DNA of 64,000 nt, taken from positions 930,001 to 994,000 of the forward strand of contig AP026136.1 in NCBI GenBank assembly GCA_030295235.1. Direction: 5' to 3'. The notes beneath the pieces were generated by a model, which was not told the DNA's origin, ran no database searches, and saw only the letters and a program-made list of their open reading frames with translations. The stretch is from Fistulifera solaris. Its lineage: Eukaryota. Made by a program: the position numbers and the translations under genes. The stretch's first letter is position 1; each line of letters starts with the position of its first letter. Shown one piece after another: positions 61,053-64,000 of the stretch.

Positions 61053-61213
61053 CTCAATTGGAACGTCCGTCGTAAGGATTACATAGGAAATTATTGAACC
61101 GTAGCGACATTTTATCCAAAAGGTCCCTCGTTTCGACCAATCAGATGAGTACTTCTAATCGCTCTAGCCAATCAGATGGCTAGTTCCAATTGCTCTTTCA
61201 CTTTTCAAAAAAC

Positions 61214-61971
61214 GTATTCATGACTGAAGTGCAGTCGTGGCGAAAAACGGTCAACACCATTGTCTATAGTAAATACGCAGACAACGTTTCGCAAGGCTTT
61301 TCGACATACAAATATTAAGGTGTGTAGTACAAAACGCTGCTAAAGTCTATTTCACTACAATAACGACAAATGGTTTCCAAAACAATCTGCTAAACGAACG
61401 TACCTGGTATTGTAGGCAGCATTGTCGCTCGAACGAATGTGTATTCATGACTGAAGTGCCGTCGTGGCGAAAAACGGTCAACACCATTGTCTATAGTAAA
61501 TACGCAGACAACGTTTCGCAAGGCTTTTCGACATACAAATATTAAGGCGTGTAGTACAAACGCTGCTAAAGTCTATTTCACTACAATAACGACAAATGGT
61601 TTCAAAACAATCTGCTAAACGAACGTACCTGGTATTGTAGGCAGCATTGTCGCTCGAACGAATGTGTATTCATGACTGAAGTGCCGTCGTGGCGAAAAAC
61701 GGTCAACACCATTGTCTATAGTAAATACGCAGACAACGTTTCGCAAGGCTTTTCGACATACAAATATTAAGGCGTGTAGTACAAACGCTGCTAAAGTCTA
61801 TTTCACTACAATAACGACAAATGGTTTCAAAACAATCTGCTAAACGAACGCATTACCTGGTATTGTAGGCAGCATTGTCGCTCGAACGAATGTGTATTCA
61901 TGACTGAAGTGCAGTCGTGGCGAAAAACGGTCAACACCATTGTCTATAGTAAATACGCAGACAACGTTTCG
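61214..61971 (+). repeat. Tandem array of ~226-bp unit, ~3.3 near-identical copies
   Basis: Unit starts (CATGACTGAAGTGC) at 61219, 61446, 61671 and 61899; spacings 227, 225, 228 bp. Confidence 0.96.
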
Positions 61972-62648
61972 TCGCTTCGCTCACGACTTTTGCAATTTCC
62001 ATTATTTGGTCCACCTAAGGTTTATACGTCCTTAGGTCCACCAGCATGGTACCGTACCGGTACGGTACCAGTACACGTATTATGCCTATTATCCTTCAAA
62101 TTTTGTAAACTTGTCTCCGACTCAACTAAAATCTCTCCCGGATATATAGACAAAAGAATACGAAGTATTCATTTCCGTGCAATCGAATACAATGGGAAGT
62201 CGTTTCACCATGAATGTCAATAGCTCGCTTCATTTGATCAAGGTCACACCAGTGTGTTGATCTCGTCCGAAATTTCAAGATTCAAACTCATTATTTGCTC
62301 TTCTTAGAATTTTTAATGGAACCTTTGTAGTTGGCTCCTGTTTTACGAGGGAGACTTCCGTTAGGTCTCCAACCAGGGTGAACCTCTTCCGATAGCTCTC
62401 CCGTTAGGAGAGACGTTAACTGACTACATTCAACTTTACAGTAGAGTACGCGCCATTGGATGTGGTACTAATTACTTAAAGGCCTTCCATCCATCATTAG
62501 TTCTACTTAGGTCACGCACAATAACCGCACAATCGTTCGCGTTGTGCGTTTGTTCCGTTCCGACTGCCGACAAGATGATCAGAACGCTGCATTCCTTATT
62601 GTCATAGTTGCCCTTCCGTTCCTACTGTTGCTCTTTTACAACATTAAC

Positions 62649-64000
62649 ATGTCGATCATTGAAACGAAGGAGCGACGATCATTCGTCACGATTATGCAAA
62701 AATATGGGGCACTTCCTCCAACCGGTCCGTATGATTTTGAAAAGTTTCTCTATGACAAACCGATCCCTGAGGATGATCACGAGGAGCTTCTCCGCAGCAT
62801 CGCTTTTGTGTAATGCGATCGAAAGCTCTTACGAGATGTCAGCAAGCACGGAGAAAGCCCTTGCTACGTGTGCACTTGCTGCAAAACGTTCTCACTTAAG
62901 TTCAAGGAAGAAAACGGCGAACTTCGATTGCTACACGACCATCCTAGTACTAACTTCAGGCACAGTTTGTTTTGCACTCCAACAAACGACCTCCCAAAGG
63001 ACTGCCGCAGAAAATCAATGATAGTGCAGAACATTCCTGCTGTTCAAGACTTCTTCAAAACATGCTTCCAGGCACCAAACTTCGACAGTCATGCTACTCG
63101 CAAGAATCTCAACGCCGTCCTCAGGAAAGAGGGTTTCGACATCGAAGTTGGCCCGACAATGCATTCAAATCTCAAGAAACACTTCCGTGAGGTCTACCCG
63201 AAAGGATTTGTTGATGTACAATGAGCTGTTGGCCCAGTATCTTCGGAAATATGTCGAGCTAAATCCAAATGCCTCCGTCAATTTAGAAACTGACCAGAAC
63301 TCATGCTTTTTTCGGTCAACTGTGTTCATTGAGAATGCCGCGCACTTCTTTAGAAATGCCTGCATTCCTGCAATCTTTTAGACGGAACACACATCCGTAT
63401 ACCCCGAACACGATGGAATTGGAGTCCCGATCATAGGGGTCGATGGAAATGGAAGTAACATTCCACTTGGTTTTGGGTTGATTCCCTCGGAAAACAAGCA
63501 AGGGATGATATATATCCTTCTCATGATGTATCAAGCTGGGTTCAATTTCGAAGAGTTTCCAGTATTCACTGACCGAGGACACATTCTCGCCGCTGTCCGA
63601 GCGTTGGCAGAACATTATGGACTGGTTGTTTCCGTGAAGTATTGCTTGATTCATATTCTTCAAACATTTACCATCTATTCAATATCAATCAACGATCGCT
63701 GAGAGGGCAGAGCGGTCGCTTGGTTTATGCCAGCGAGATGCAAAGCTCCAGATGTTAACGCCTTCTTGGATGCTGCGAAGAAGCTTGTCAAAGCGCTTCC
63801 ACAAATTGAAGAAAACGAAACTCTTAGTACCGGTGCGCGAATTGTTATCTATGTTCTTGGGACAATTCATCCTACTCATTGGACTGTGTTTGGAAATACA
63901 CCGAGTCAACATGAATCTATGTGGGAGCCCCTATATTTTACCTATCTAGCTGAAGTGAATGGCTTCACAGAGATAAGTGGAGACGTCGACGAATGGAGGT
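62649..64000 (+). mobile_element. Mutator/MULE transposase gene, frameshifted, 3'-truncated by window edge
   Basis: Cys/His N-terminal region (CTCC...RHSLFC), 'YLRKYVELNPNA', 'FLDGTH', 'GVDGN', 'PSENK', 'FTDRG', 'YCLIH' typical of the MULE DDE domain; split over 5 or more frames. Confidence 0.82.

Noticed and set aside
60809..61086. His/Pro-rich and VPVP ORFs
   Set aside because: Translations of the GTACCG and GATGGT simple repeats.
61214..61971. CRISPR-like array
   Set aside because: Whole 226-bp units are near-identical with no unique spacers; no cas genes; eukaryotic context.

Overview
Gene-dense eukaryotic nuclear DNA, most likely a pennate diatom. Evidence: short GT-AG introns, many bipartite plastid presequences with ASAF-like cleavage motifs, secreted double-SET proteins, bHLH-PAS and zeta-carotene desaturase. 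About 29 protein genes are visible, including an ABCG transporter, an SPCA/PMR1-type Ca/Mn P-ATPase, LIS1, Rae1, an MST/STE20 kinase, RtcA, ZDS and a ~9.5 kb TOR kinase. Many conserved genes carry single-base frameshifts, often at homopolymers, which looks like unpolished long-read error rather than pseudogenisation. The most interesting signals are non-coding. (1) A ~225-bp repeat family opens with a conserved CATGACTG-loop-CAGTCATG hairpin. It occurs as a young tandem array beside a Mutator (MULE) transposase, and as old degenerate monomers/arrays in intergenic DNA, mostly upstream of genes and pointing away from them. (2) A 1.63-kb non-autonomous TIR element has ~215-bp TIRs, a CAG target-site duplication and two internal G-quadruplex-prone 10-bp-periodic arrays. 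Unusual protein architectures include a UBR-box/2OG-oxygenase fusion, an FN3-nucleoredoxin, a PsbQ-like/KOW protein and a Cys-rich TOR N-terminal extension. All calls come from motif recognition by eye; no database searches were run.
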